Translations under genes and position numbers: made by a program
The notes under the pieces: model-generated
Seen by the model: only the letters and a program-made list of their open reading frames with translations
Databases searched by the model: none
What the model was told of the DNA's origin: nothing
DNA from: Candidatus Latescibacterota bacterium
Lineage (GTDB): Bacteria; Latescibacterota; UBA2968
NCBI GenBank assembly: GCA_965205975.1
Contig: OZ242195.1
Location: 4,053,746 to 4,117,745 of the forward strand
Direction of reading: 5' to 3'
DNA length: 64,000 nt
In this document: in pieces, positions 19,831-29,877 of the stretch
How positions within the stretch are numbered: position 1 is the first letter of the stretch
Layout of the letters: each line of letters starts with the position of its first letter

Positions 19831-20262
19831 CTACACCGGCGTCACACCCTTCTTCAAAATAACATTGCCGTATTTTGCCGTCTCCCCAGTCATAACAACC
19901 GCAAACGCATCTCTCGCCTGTTCGTAAAACGCAAAACGCTCAACGCGCGCAATAGGGGGTGTATCGGGCCATACCCTGTCAATAACAGCCCGGTAAGACG
20001 CCTCCACCGCGGGATCGAGCGCATCGCCCGGCACCGCATCCATCATAAAAACCGGACTATCCACATACGTATCCAGCACAAACAGGGGCAAAATCGCTTC
20101 CAGCAACGCCGCAACCCCCAGACCGTCTGCCCGCAGCGTATTGGCATTCACCGAATGCCCGGGAAAATGCGCATCTGCCAGAACAATCTCATCTCCGTGT
20201 CCCATGCGATAAATCGCAGCCAACAACTCGGGACTGAACAATGGGGATATACCAACGAGCAT
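19831..20262 (-). CDS. fucU: L-fucose mutarotase / RbsD-FucU family
   Basis: [39 protein letters not shown]. Confidence 0.9.
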   Translation of the reverse strand: MLVGISPLFSPELLAAIYRMGHGDEIVLADAHFPGHSVNANTLRADGLGVAALLEAILPLFVLDTYVDSPVFMMDAVPGDALDPAVEASYRAVIDRVWPDTPPIARVERFAFYEQARDAFAVVMTGETAKYGNVILKKGVTPV

Positions 20263-20281
20263 AGTGATCTCCTGTTTCCAA

Positions 20282-21019
20282 CTACCTGAAATGCGCATCC
20301 GCTGCGTGGGCTGATCTAAGCCCCTTGCTCATCCGCATCAATTGCTTTTGCCTATCCGTGAGCCCGTCAAACCACTCAGGCGGAAACCCATCGTGGGGAT
20401 CCACCTGAAACATACACATCCGCTTGCGATAATGACCGAACAACGCGTGGCGATTCGTCGTCCCCGTATTCGCCCCGCCGCCATGCCATATTTGACCGTT
20501 AATAACAATCACACAACCCGCAGATCCCTCGGGTTGTGCGATATGCTTGACAGACACATCCTCTGGCGGGACAACCAACCCGCTCTTATGCGAACCCGGC
20601 ACCACGCGCGTACCGCCATTTATCGGCGAAAAATCATCCAGCATCCAGATCGTATTCATCATAACTGGCGAACTGAAATTCAGCATCTCCAGCGGAATAT
20701 CACTGTGCAAACCCTGGTCTGGATCGCCCGGGCGCACAATCCGGGCATTGAGACTCCCCAGAATAAGCGACTTCTCCAGATAATGCTCCAGCAACGGCAG
20801 AATCCGCGGATGGTCAATAGTCTTGTGAAAAACGCGATCCAGCACCGGCAAATTGGCAACGTGGCGAGCAGTACCCCGATTTCTGGCCTCCGTGCCAACT
20901 TCCTTTTCACAGCGCATAAGCGCCTCGCGCATATCGCCTGCTTCTTCAGTTGTCAAAACATTTTCGACAACCGTAAAGCCATAAACATCGAGTTCAAACA
21001 AGTGTTGTTGATTATTCAT
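20282..21019 (-). CDS. Phytanoyl-CoA dioxygenase (PhyH) family Fe(II)/2OG oxygenase
   Basis: LHSD, WMLDDF...[18 protein letters not shown]...R. Confidence 0.9.
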   Translation of the reverse strand: MNNQQHLFELDVYGFTVVENVLTTEEAGDMREALMRCEKEVGTEARNRGTARHVANLPVLDRVFHKTIDHPRILPLLEHYLEKSLILGSLNARIVRPGDPDQGLHSDIPLEMLNFSSPVMMNTIWMLDDFSPINGGTRVVPGSHKSGLVVPPEDVSVKHIAQPEGSAGCVIVINGQIWHGGGANTGTTNRHALFGHYRKRMCMFQVDPHDGFPPEWFDGLTDRQKQLMRMSKGLRSAHAADAHFR

Positions 21020-21055
21020 ATTGTCCTCTATAGAAAGTAACCACAAAAAACCTTC

Positions 21056-21087
21056 TGGATCGCGGCTCAAAACCATGCCGCGATGAC
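21056..21087. repeat. Intergenic palindromic repeat (GTCAT-type), copy 2
   Basis: tggatcgcggc..catgccgcgatgac followed by ttcacac heptamers, as at 3.3 kb. Confidence 0.65.
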
Positions 21088-21114
21088 AGTCTCCCTTCAC
21101 ACTTCACACTTCTC

Positions 21115-22302
21115 CTACCAATTCGCATTCCCCTTATCCCAGGGATGCGCTTTGAGCACCTCTTCAACCATCTCGATACCCCATCCCGGACCTGAGGGAA
21201 TCGTCAGATACCCATTCTCAATATGTGGCACATTCGCCACCATATCTTCGCGCCAGGGCACATCGTCAACATCAATCTCCATAATACGCACATTCGGCAA
21301 AACCGCGCACAGGCTGGCACTGATACATGTCGAAAGATGGCTATAATAATTGTGCGGCGCAACATTGAGTTGATACGCCTCGGCCAAATCCCCCACCTTC
21401 TTCGACTGGGCAAACCCATTCCACGGCACATCGATCATAAACACATCCGCAGAACGCGCCTGGAAATAAGGAATAAACTCGCGCATATAAAACAAATTCT
21501 CACCCGTACAAATTTTAGTACTCGTCGCATCCTTAATTTGCCGAATCGCATCTGGCTCATACATATCGATCTCCAGCCACAGCAAATCAAATTGTTCGAG
21601 CACCTGGGCAATACGCATACACGACTCGGGTTTGAAATTAAAATTGAGATCCAGGTTGATATCGACATCCGGACCCACCGCATCTCGAAACGTACCAATA
21701 AGCGTCTCAATATGGCGGAGCATCTGCCGTGAAACCACGCCATCCGTCGTCCCCGGCTCCCCGCCAAATCCCCCAAAATACACGCCGGCAGGATCCCCCG
21801 GTATAACGATATTCGTCTTCAACGCCGTGTATCCCCTCGCCACAACCTCCCGCCCCAGCGCGGCAATATCATCCATCGTCCGAAGCGGTGGCGTATTGAG
21901 CAAATCGCTATTGCGCGCACGCGAAGTACCGCAATGCGACCAGTAAACGCGAACCCGCTCGCGCGTTGGACCCCCAAAAAGTTCCACAACAGAAATACCG
22001 AGCGCACGCGCCTTAATATCAATAAGCGCGAGTTCAACACCCGCAATAGCCTTCGCCGCAATCCCCCCCGGACTCTGCCGCGTCCCCCGCAACATATCCC
22101 AAAAGCGCATCTCATAAGCGCGCGGATCCTTGCCGATGAGCAAAGGCGTCAAATCGCGCACCGTACCCGTAACCCCATAGGGACTGCGACCATCGCTGCA
22201 CTCTCCCCAGCCGCTAATACCTTCATCTGTATCCACCCGAACAAATATCCACGGGCGCCAACCCGCATCCACAATAAACGTCTCAATATTGGTAATCTTC
22301 AT
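21115..22302 (-). CDS. Mandelate racemase/muconate lactonizing enzyme family (acid-sugar dehydratase-like)
   Basis: MKITNIETF, TDEGISGWGE, ALIDIKA, YWSHCG, WLEID, TGENL, APHN, PSGPGWG. Confidence 0.9.
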   Translation of the reverse strand: MKITNIETFIVDAGWRPWIFVRVDTDEGISGWGECSDGRSPYGVTGTVRDLTPLLIGKDPRAYEMRFWDMLRGTRQSPGGIAAKAIAGVELALIDIKARALGISVVELFGGPTRERVRVYWSHCGTSRARNSDLLNTPPLRTMDDIAALGREVVARGYTALKTNIVIPGDPAGVYFGGFGGEPGTTDGVVSRQMLRHIETLIGTFRDAVGPDVDINLDLNFNFKPESCMRIAQVLEQFDLLWLEIDMYEPDAIRQIKDATSTKICTGENLFYMREFIPYFQARSADVFMIDVPWNGFAQSKKVGDLAEAYQLNVAPHNYYSHLSTCISASLCAVLPNVRIMEIDVDDVPWREDMVANVPHIENGYLTIPSGPGWGIEMVEEVLKAHPWDKGNANW

Positions 22303-22312
22303 ATAATGTTCC

Positions 22313-23056
22313 TCATACCGGCGGATGTGTAACGCGATTAAACCCCATCGTATCCTCGCCGTGAATAACCGGAAGCGCGTGATCTTCGGAATCGTACTTG
22401 AGAACATGAACAATCGGAGGAATCGCGCGCACCGCCAGACCAATGCGACGCAAATCCGAGAAATTGGCTTTCGAGTGATGCAACGTGCGCTCATTAAACA
22501 AAATAAACTCTCCGGGTTGCATCTCGAGATCGACCAGTTGCTCCGGATCGTAATACCCCGCATCGGCCATCTCCTGAAACTGCACATCGGGCGTGGCTTT
22601 GACATGGGGAATTATTTTGCGATGTGACCCGGGAATAAGCTGCAAATTCCCATTCTCCTTAGTCGAAGCATCCACTGCAATCCACGCCGAAACAATAATC
22701 GGCGGCTCGAGCGGCCAATAATTGAAATCCTGATGCCAGGGAATCGCCTTCGTACCCTTGTACTTGATAAAAAAATTTGTGCGCCACAACAACAAATCCG
22801 CCCCGTACAGCGCCACCATCCGGCTGAGAATCTCGGGATGCGTTGACAAATCGTAAACCACGCGACTATCCAGATGCCGGTTGTGAATGCGATTCTTAGC
22901 ATTCGGCGGATCCGTCTCCAGCACCTTTTCAATCGCCGGACGAAGCTCCGCCATCTCCGCCTCCGAACACAGCGAATACGGACCGCTATAGCCCCGCGTG
23001 CGAAAATGCAGCAACTCCTCTTCCGTCAGTACCGCAGGTACTTCAGCTATTGCCAT
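22313..23056 (-). CDS. PhyH family Fe(II)/2OG oxygenase
   Basis: FFIK...IPWHQD, WIAVD...ENG.LQLIPGSH, LHHS.AN...RR. Confidence 0.9.
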   Translation of the reverse strand: MAIAEVPAVLTEEELLHFRTRGYSGPYSLCSEAEMAELRPAIEKVLETDPPNAKNRIHNRHLDSRVVYDLSTHPEILSRMVALYGADLLLWRTNFFIKYKGTKAIPWHQDFNYWPLEPPIIVSAWIAVDASTKENGNLQLIPGSHRKIIPHVKATPDVQFQEMADAGYYDPEQLVDLEMQPGEFILFNERTLHHSKANFSDLRRIGLAVRAIPPIVHVLKYDSEDHALPVIHGEDTMGFNRVTHPPV

Positions 23057-23057
23057 C

Positions 23058-24236
23058 TCATATCTCCTTTATTATATCACCAACCTCAATCCGATACATC
23101 TGCCGTCCATTGCCCTCATGAACTGAATCAATCACCACAAACTGCCCATCGGGGCTATAGCGCGGATGCAAATCACAACGCCACTCACCCGTATAGGGAT
23201 CCGGCGACGGAAAAACACCCAGATCGACGCGCTTGCCAGTCGCAACGTGATACAGATACGGAATCTGACTGCGGTCGCCCTGTGACGGATACGTATCGTT
23301 GAGAATCCACTCATTTCCCGGCAAATACGTACAGTGACCATTCACCGTCATAACCCCATCACCAATCACCTCTGGCTCCGCATCGGACAGATCCCGATAG
23401 CGATAAAACTTATTCCCGTGCGACGGGTGATACGCCCACCCGAGAATCGTCTCTGCATCGCGCCAGATAAAATGCGACATCTTGCCGTAATCATCAACCA
23501 CATGCAAATTTGACCCATCGGCACTTGCCGTAATCATCCGCGTATCAAAACCGCCCTCTCCAAATCGCCAACGGTGCAAAAAAATGAACCGCGACCCATC
23601 CGTATTAAACAACAAATGATTAAAATAGTGCCGCGCCCCGGAAATATCGCCATGCGGATACGGAATCGCAGCAACCTCGGCAATCGCAACAACAAGCCTT
23701 GACTCACCCGTCTCCAGATCCACAGAATAAACACCCACATCATCCGGCGCGCGCACATCGCGATTGGGATCGGGAATCCCCGCATACCCATACCCGGGCC
23801 GCATGTGATTAATCCGACGGAAATCCGCACCAATAGCAGTCTTCCCATCGGGTGAAACCGTATAAATCGCCTGCGGAAGCGTCCGGGCCGCCCCCGTTTT
23901 CACATTGTAAATCCGCGAGACAAACGCATCCCCCTCGCGATCATTAAAAATAACCTCCGTATCCGAATTGGGAATCCACTGCAACATACACCCCTGTTGC
24001 CAGCACCAGGCCCGGGTGCGCCCAAACTCAGACCACGTATCGCCATCCTTCATATCAATAATACCCAGCCCGACCGTATCATCCGCCTCAGGCGACCGGT
24101 GTTCAAAATCCACCGCCATACCGAGCGCGTATCGGCCTGAAGGGTCTATTTGCCACTTGTCGTAATAACCAAACCAGTGGTATTCCGGTCCCCGAGTAAT
24201 CGCGCGAATGGGGGGATAATCAGACATTTTATTCAC
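23058..24236 (-). CDS. Beta-propeller protein, oligogalacturonate-lyase-like
   Basis: HWFGYYDK, AWCWQQGCMLQW, NHLLFN.DG.RFIFLHRW, SHFIW, NDTYP, RCDLHPR. Confidence 0.75.
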   Translation of the reverse strand: MNKMSDYPPIRAITRGPEYHWFGYYDKWQIDPSGRYALGMAVDFEHRSPEADDTVGLGIIDMKDGDTWSEFGRTRAWCWQQGCMLQWIPNSDTEVIFNDREGDAFVSRIYNVKTGAARTLPQAIYTVSPDGKTAIGADFRRINHMRPGYGYAGIPDPNRDVRAPDDVGVYSVDLETGESRLVVAIAEVAAIPYPHGDISGARHYFNHLLFNTDGSRFIFLHRWRFGEGGFDTRMITASADGSNLHVVDDYGKMSHFIWRDAETILGWAYHPSHGNKFYRYRDLSDAEPEVIGDGVMTVNGHCTYLPGNEWILNDTYPSQGDRSQIPYLYHVATGKRVDLGVFPSPDPYTGEWRCDLHPRYSPDGQFVVIDSVHEGNGRQMYRIEVGDIIKEI

Positions 24237-24562
24237 CTTCGAAAAAATAAGCGATCAGCAAAACAAGCGACGTAGCGAAGCGAATATCCAGATCCCGTCC
24301 ATCCGGACGGCGCAAATTTGTCCTTCTTGCGCCAGAATCTATCAATAATGAGACCTGACTTTCGCGCATCTTCCCTTTGACACGGATTTGGACACTCTTT
24401 GACACATTTAGAAAAACATAAAGGACTCTAAAGCCTAATAATACAATAATTTAAATAACAACAGTGTCGCTTTAAGTATAACATAAATTATGCTTCAAAT
24501 AACATTCTCGCAACCGTTATAAGAACCGCTATATAACCTTTCGACTCGATGATTTTGTCCCC

Positions 24563-25891
24563 GGTCAAGTCCAAAAAGTTCTGTAAAATAGTAGCTCCGT
24601 GAAATAGGGGTCAGTGATTTTGTTTTAGGTACGTCATGTCCAGATAGCGTCTGCCTGTGATCCACTCATCAGACCATTCCATACACAACGCGCCGATGAG
24701 ACGTTCACAAGCCTTCTGGTTGGGGAAGATCTGCACGACATCGGCACGTCTTTTGATCTCCCGGTTGAGTCTCTCCAACAGGTTGGTGGTACGAATGCGT
24801 CTTTGGTGCTGTTGTGGAAAGTGGAAGCAGGCCAGAGCATGGATAATATCCTGGTCTATCTTGTCCACGAGCTTGGGCAGTATCTCTTCATAGGTGTCCA
24901 TCATAGCAGATAGGCGCGCTTGTGCAGTGGCCTGATCGGGGGCATTGAAAACGTCTTTGAGTGCTTGGGCAACTTCGCGTTGATACTTAGGCGGTGTAAT
25001 GCCTTTGACATTTCTGTGAAAATGGGTTTGACAATGCTGCCAAGAAGCCCCTTGAAAGTGTCGTTTGATGGCGTTTTGTAAGCCTTCGTGGTGGTCAGAG
25101 ATAACCAGTTGCACACCCTTTAACCCACGCTTTTTAAGGTCTTTAAACAAATCCCCATACGTGGCTTCTGTCTCGGTGTGCGCCACGTCAATGGCCAAAA
25201 TGTCGCGGTGCCCACTCTCTGCGATCCCAGAAACGATTAAGACGGCCTCAGAAGCGACCTGTCCTCGACTACGGATGTGGAGATAGGTCGCATCAATGAT
25301 CAGATAAGGGTATCCTTGCTCAAGGGAACGCCCCCGCCAGGCTTTAATATCTGCATCCAGGTCTTGACAAAGCTGTGAGACTTGGGACTTTGAAAAAGAG
25401 GTGCCACACAAGGCTTCTGTGATCTTTGTCACTTTGCGTGTGGAGACCCCTTGCAAATACGCCTCTTGAAGGGCAAGAATCAGTGCTTTTTCACTGCGTT
25501 GAAACCGTGAGAATAACTCACTACTAAATCGCCCTTCCCGATCTTGAGGCACGCACAACTCGATACGGCCTACGCGCGTCTTGAGGACACGAGGCTTATA
25601 TCCGTTACGGTAGCCTGTCCGCTCGCCAGTTCTTTCATAAGGTTCTGCTTGTAAACACGACGTGATCTCGGCTTCCATAAACTGTTGCAGGAAGCGGGTG
25701 ATGGCCTGATTGAGAAAATCAGGGTCATTCAAAAGTGCAAATTGCTCTGGCGCGGCAATTTTTATATCTTTGGGGTAAGTCATCGTAGCCTCCAAGGTTA
25801 GGGTTTATATTACTACTCACCCCTATTTTAAGATTTTTCTCGGAGCTACGGTGACTTTTTTTCCTTTTTACAGAAATTTAAGGACGCTATC
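24563..25891 (-). mobile_element. Complete IS256-family insertion sequence (1329 bp)
   Basis: Imperfect 26-bp terminal IRs (ggtcaagtccaaaaagttctgtaaaa / gatagcgtccttaaatttctgtaaaa); 8-bp direct repeat ttgtcccc at 24555-24562 and 25892-25899. Confidence 0.93.
24611..25783 (-). CDS. IS256 family transposase
   Basis: YRNGY, VPQDREG, GVSTRKV, IDATY, ISDHHEGL, QHCQTHF, TTNLLERLNREIKRR. Confidence 0.97.
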   Translation of the reverse strand: MTYPKDIKIAAPEQFALLNDPDFLNQAITRFLQQFMEAEITSCLQAEPYERTGERTGYRNGYKPRVLKTRVGRIELCVPQDREGRFSSELFSRFQRSEKALILALQEAYLQGVSTRKVTKITEALCGTSFSKSQVSQLCQDLDADIKAWRGRSLEQGYPYLIIDATYLHIRSRGQVASEAVLIVSGIAESGHRDILAIDVAHTETEATYGDLFKDLKKRGLKGVQLVISDHHEGLQNAIKRHFQGASWQHCQTHFHRNVKGITPPKYQREVAQALKDVFNAPDQATAQARLSAMMDTYEEILPKLVDKIDQDIIHALACFHFPQQHQRRIRTTNLLERLNREIKRRADVVQIFPNQKACERLIGALCMEWSDEWITGRRYLDMTYLKQNH

Positions 25892-25990
25892 TTGTCCCCC
25901 AGCCCTACCGCATCGACTGGCAATACCATAGATTCTAACTTCAGATCGCACGCGATGGGATGCGACAAAAACTCGAGAGGAGGTGAAATC

Positions 25991-26167
25991 ATGGCCGACT
26001 CAAAAACTCAAGAATGGGCTACTGAGCGCGGGAAGACCGACGCGATCAAAGGCCAGTACAATAACGTGTCAAATCCTTCTGGATTTGGCATCCTGAAGTC
26101 CAATGACCCGATTCTGGCCGAGAAGTACGACCAGGGCTACTACGGCGAGAAGAATAGCGAAGAATAG
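25991..26167 (+). CDS. Small hypothetical protein (58 aa)
   Basis: GAGGAGGTG SD before ATG; MADSKTQEWATERGKTDAIKG...YDQGYYG. Confidence 0.65.
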   Translation: MADSKTQEWATERGKTDAIKGQYNNVSNPSGFGILKSNDPILAEKYDQGYYGEKNSEE

Positions 26168-26329
26168 CGAAAAGAATAGCTAGGTTTGCTGTTCATTTCG
26201 CATCTAAGACGGTAGCATAATGTGTTTCCAACGCGTGCGATTACTCACTCCAAGCTATCCATCATCGTTTTTCGAAAGCTGAGACTTGAAGACTCCCAAA
26301 ACTGCAACTTAAAGGAGGTGAAGCACAAC

Positions 26330-26428
26330 ATGGGCAAAATTTCTTCTTCACGTTGTCAAGAGCTCAGGACTCGAGCTGAGACCGCGCTCAAGGGACGACG
26401 AAGGGGCGTCCTTCGACCAGCAGGTTGA
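26330..26428 (+). CDS. Small Arg-rich peptide ORF (32 aa), possibly frameshifted
   Basis: AAGGAGGTG SD; MGKISSSRCQELRTRAETALKGRRRGVLRPAG. Confidence 0.4.
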   Translation: MGKISSSRCQELRTRAETALKGRRRGVLRPAG

Positions 26429-26776
26429 CTGGCGGCGAAGACACTCCCAGGACATGCACAGAGAAAAATATTTATGACGCTGTCCGGTTTAAAAGAAAGT
26501 GATCCGTTCAATCGGGCCATTTGTAGTTTCTGTTCTTACAGATAACTGATCAAACCCTGGTGCATCGTGGCAAAGATGTACCGATTCTCGCATATTCGAT
26601 GATTTAGGTCATAGCACAGCCGATATGCAAGATCCTCTTACCACGATGCACTGGACTTGACCCTGCGAAAATTCCATTTGACATTGCACTATGAAAGGTT
26701 ATTTAATGCTGCGACACGACAAAGTTTGCTGGACAGATATCAAAAACAGTATATCCGGGTTGAGGAGTCTCAAGAT

Positions 26777-27808
26777 ATGGATGTTAGCTTAACTACCCCA
26801 AAAATACGTCAGTATATCATTTTAGGATTCTTCTGCTTATTATATGTTGTGTACTCTGTGCTGACATTGCAGGAGCTAATACCAATACCAAAATTGGGTA
26901 ATAATTACCAGGTGACTGACTATACAGTATTCAAAAATTCATTGACTCCTGGTAAATCAGCAATAAAGAGTCTTCTGCATATTCTAATTCTTTTTAAATC
27001 TTTTTTCCTGCTCAAATCCATAAGCAAAAAGTGGGGTTGGGACATACTACCTTTACAGAAGTGGCCGATCAGAAAGATCATAACAATTTTTGTCATCGTC
27101 CTTGTCAGCCAGATTATTATTACGATTGCAGAATTCATTATCACCGGAAGGAGTTTATGGCCTCTAATTAACCTCCTCCGAGAAGTTTCCGAGACATTGC
27201 TGGATTACGATCAGTACTATTACTTATTTTATTTTTTCGCTATGGGCTTGGCGAAAATATTGATACCAGGGATGATCTTAACGTCCCTCATCCTCATTCC
27301 AAAGATAATATTTGACGAGAAAGAAGTACTGCTTAAAATGGTCGAAAGCGAAAAACGCGAAAATCAACAATTGCAAAAACAGGTTGAAGAAAAGGCAAAC
27401 ATTATTATTATCCAGTGGAATAAAACAAAATTCAGTCCGATTGACTTAAACAACATTTCTCTTTTCACAACCGGAAACAGTTGTGTGCAGGTTTATGACA
27501 AACAATTGAATGAAGTATTAGAGGCTACGGAAGATTCCCTCACGAAAATTGAGAAGAAAATTGAAAATTCTGGTTGGAGCGAAGACAAATTTCTGCGTGT
27601 CTCAGATAGCCTACTTATCAAGCCGAGTAGTATAAGAGTTTGGGTAACAGATTCTGGTGAAGACGTTATATATTTGAAGTATTACCGTAAATACGGAGAA
27701 ACTATTCTCGGCCAAAAAGTCGTAAACGGAATTAAGGTATCCAACTCCAAAAAATATGGAGAAAACCAACAGATAATGCGGGATATGTTTCAGTCTAAAA
27801 AAATATGA
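26777..27808 (+). CDS. Multi-pass membrane protein with a C-terminal LytTR-like DNA-binding domain
   Basis: About 4 hydrophobic segments, a coiled-coil linker, then IDLNNISLF..GNSCVQVY..SLTKIEKKI..FLRVSDSLLI; GAGGAG SD before ATG 26777; AT-rich. Confidence 0.65.
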   Translation: MDVSLTTPKIRQYIILGFFCLLYVVYSVLTLQELIPIPKLGNNYQVTDYTVFKNSLTPGKSAIKSLLHILILFKSFFLLKSISKKWGWDILPLQKWPIRKIITIFVIVLVSQIIITIAEFIITGRSLWPLINLLREVSETLLDYDQYYYLFYFFAMGLAKILIPGMILTSLILIPKIIFDEKEVLLKMVESEKRENQQLQKQVEEKANIIIIQWNKTKFSPIDLNNISLFTTGNSCVQVYDKQLNEVLEATEDSLTKIEKKIENSGWSEDKFLRVSDSLLIKPSSIRVWVTDSGEDVIYLKYYRKYGETILGQKVVNGIKVSNSKKYGENQQIMRDMFQSKKI

Positions 27809-28024
27809 CATACCGCCTAGCCTTTGTCGTGGCGGTTTTTGTTGTACGCCCAAGCGTACTTACATCCTGTACCCCAATTGCTATCCCACCATTCATCACC
27901 CCTTCAAAAAGCCTCCACGCCTTATCTTAAAGCAGTCGGCACTCAGCCTACATGACCCAAAATCGTTGTGAGTTTCGATCTGTATTTCACATCTGGACTG
28001 CGGCTCAACATCCTGTCCTGCACC

Positions 28025-28090
28025 ATAGACCATTGACTTTTTACTTTGATAGCATATCTTCTTCAAAAAAGCCGCCCCCTCTATCCAAAG
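28025..28090 (+). repeat. Promoter-like direct repeat, copy 1
   Basis: atagaccattgactttt..gatagcatatctt..ccgccccctct..ccaaag; copy 2 at 29796-29861. Confidence 0.65.
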
Positions 28091-28231
28091 GCCCAGAGCA
28101 TCTCGCATGGCAAAATTTGATACCATCTCCAACACTTGATTTAATCTTATCCCGACGATTTCTCATGCTTCACACCCGAACAAGACAATGTCGAGGTCAT
28201 TTGAAAAAATCGCAAGGCAAAGGTGCATAAA

Positions 28232-29779
28232 ATGACCAAACGCAGACTGCCCATTGGCATTCAGACCTTTCGCAAAATTCGGGAGGAAAACTGCTACTAT
28301 GTCGATAAAACGGCCCACATACAGCGGCTGATAGACGAGGACACGCACTACTTTTTATCGCGTCCGCGTCGGTTTGGCAAAAGCCTGTTTCTGGACACGT
28401 TGAAGGAACTGTTCGAGGGCAATGAACCGCTGTTTGAGGGGCTGTACATCCACGACCACTGGGACTGGTCTGTTCGCTATCCTGTCCTGCGCCTCGACTT
28501 TGGCAGCGGCAATTTTGATGCGCCTGGGATCTTGCACAAAGAGGTGATGGCACAACTGGACGCCGTAGAAAAAGAAACAGGCGTAGAAAGCCACTACGAT
28601 ACGGCTTCCGCACGCTTTCGCCATATCATCCAGATGTTGCATAGCCAGGCGGGACAGCGCGTTGTCGTTCTGGTTGATGAATACGACAAACCGATCTTAG
28701 ATGTGCTGGATGAGCCTGAAGTCGCCCGTGCCAACCGCGATTTTCTGCGGGGTCTGTACTCGACGATCAAGTCCAACGATGCCCATGTCAAGTTCACATT
28801 CCTCACTGGCGTCAGCAAGTTCTCAAAAGTACATCTGTTCTCTGGCCTCAACAACCTCACAGACATCACCATTGACCCGAGCTATTCCGCCTTATGCGGC
28901 TACACCGAGGAGGACCTCGACACGGTATTCGCGCCAGAGCTGCCGGGTCTGGATCGAGATGAAATCCGCGACTGGTACAACGGCTATAGCTGGCGGGGAC
29001 AGGAGAAAGTGTATAACCCCTTCGACATCCTCCTGCTGTTCCGAAAACGCAACTTCGAAGCCTACTGGTTCGAGACCGGCACCCCCACCTTTCTCATTGA
29101 GACCCTGTTCAAACGCCAGGTCAGTTCCTTGAAACTCGACGAGATGATCGGCAGTAGCAACTTGCTATCGACCTTCGATGTGGATAACATTGCGACCGAA
29201 GCTCTGCTATTCCAGACCGGATATCTGACCATTACCGGTGAGGAGAACCTCGGCGGCACGTCATTCTATCGGTTGGGCTATCCCAATCGTGAGGTGCGTC
29301 AAAGTCTCAATGAGAGCCTCCTGGACTACCTGTTGAAAGATTCGTCCGGCCAGATGGCGAACAGCGTGCAACTCTACCGTTTGCTGGGAGCCAACGACTT
29401 TGCTGGCCTCAAAACCTTATTCCACGCCTTTTATGCCAGCATTCCCTACGAGTGGTACACCAACAACGACATCGCCAAATTTGAAGGCTACTACGCCAGC
29501 GTGTTCTACTCCTATTTCGCGGGACTGGGGCTCAATATTACGGTAGAGGACAGCAGCAGCCATGGGCGTGTGGATATGACCGTTCACTTCAACGATAACA
29601 TCTATCTATTCGAGTTCAAGGTGGTGGAACTGGCGTCTGAGGGTGCTGCGATGGCGCAATTGCAGGAAAAGGGATACGCGGACAAATACCGGGGTCTGGA
29701 TCAGCCGATTCACCTGATCGGGGTAGAATTCAGCAAGGACACCCGCAATATAACCGCCTTTGAGGTCGTACATGCGTGA
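28232..29779 (+). CDS. AAA-ATPase-like protein with C-terminal PD-(D/E)XK domain (DUF1703-type)
   Basis: LPIGIQTF, YVDKT, RPRRFGKSL, VDEYDKP, TGVSKFSK, WYNGY, YWFETGTP, GRVDM...FEFK. Confidence 0.93.
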   Translation: MTKRRLPIGIQTFRKIREENCYYVDKTAHIQRLIDEDTHYFLSRPRRFGKSLFLDTLKELFEGNEPLFEGLYIHDHWDWSVRYPVLRLDFGSGNFDAPGILHKEVMAQLDAVEKETGVESHYDTASARFRHIIQMLHSQAGQRVVVLVDEYDKPILDVLDEPEVARANRDFLRGLYSTIKSNDAHVKFTFLTGVSKFSKVHLFSGLNNLTDITIDPSYSALCGYTEEDLDTVFAPELPGLDRDEIRDWYNGYSWRGQEKVYNPFDILLLFRKRNFEAYWFETGTPTFLIETLFKRQVSSLKLDEMIGSSNLLSTFDVDNIATEALLFQTGYLTITGEENLGGTSFYRLGYPNREVRQSLNESLLDYLLKDSSGQMANSVQLYRLLGANDFAGLKTLFHAFYASIPYEWYTNNDIAKFEGYYASVFYSYFAGLGLNITVEDSSSHGRVDMTVHFNDNIYLFEFKVVELASEGAAMAQLQEKGYADKYRGLDQPIHLIGVEFSKDTRNITAFEVVHA

Positions 29780-29795
29780 CGCGATGACGGGAGCT

Positions 29796-29861
29796 ATAGA
29801 CCATTGACTTTTTGCTGGGATAGCATATCTTGTTTATATGACTCCGCCCCCTCTCCCCAAA
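29796..29861 (+). repeat. Promoter-like direct repeat, copy 2
   Basis: TTGACT-16 nt-TATCTT inside a block similar to 28025-28090. Confidence 0.65.
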
Positions 29862-29877
29862 GAGAAACAGGAGATCT

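Noticed and set aside
24240-24550. Replication origin at the point where gene orientation diverges
   Set aside because: No TTATCCACA boxes seen and no evident change in strand composition
26151-26180. agaatagcga triple repeat
   Set aside because: Short slippage-type repeat at an ORF end with no supportable function
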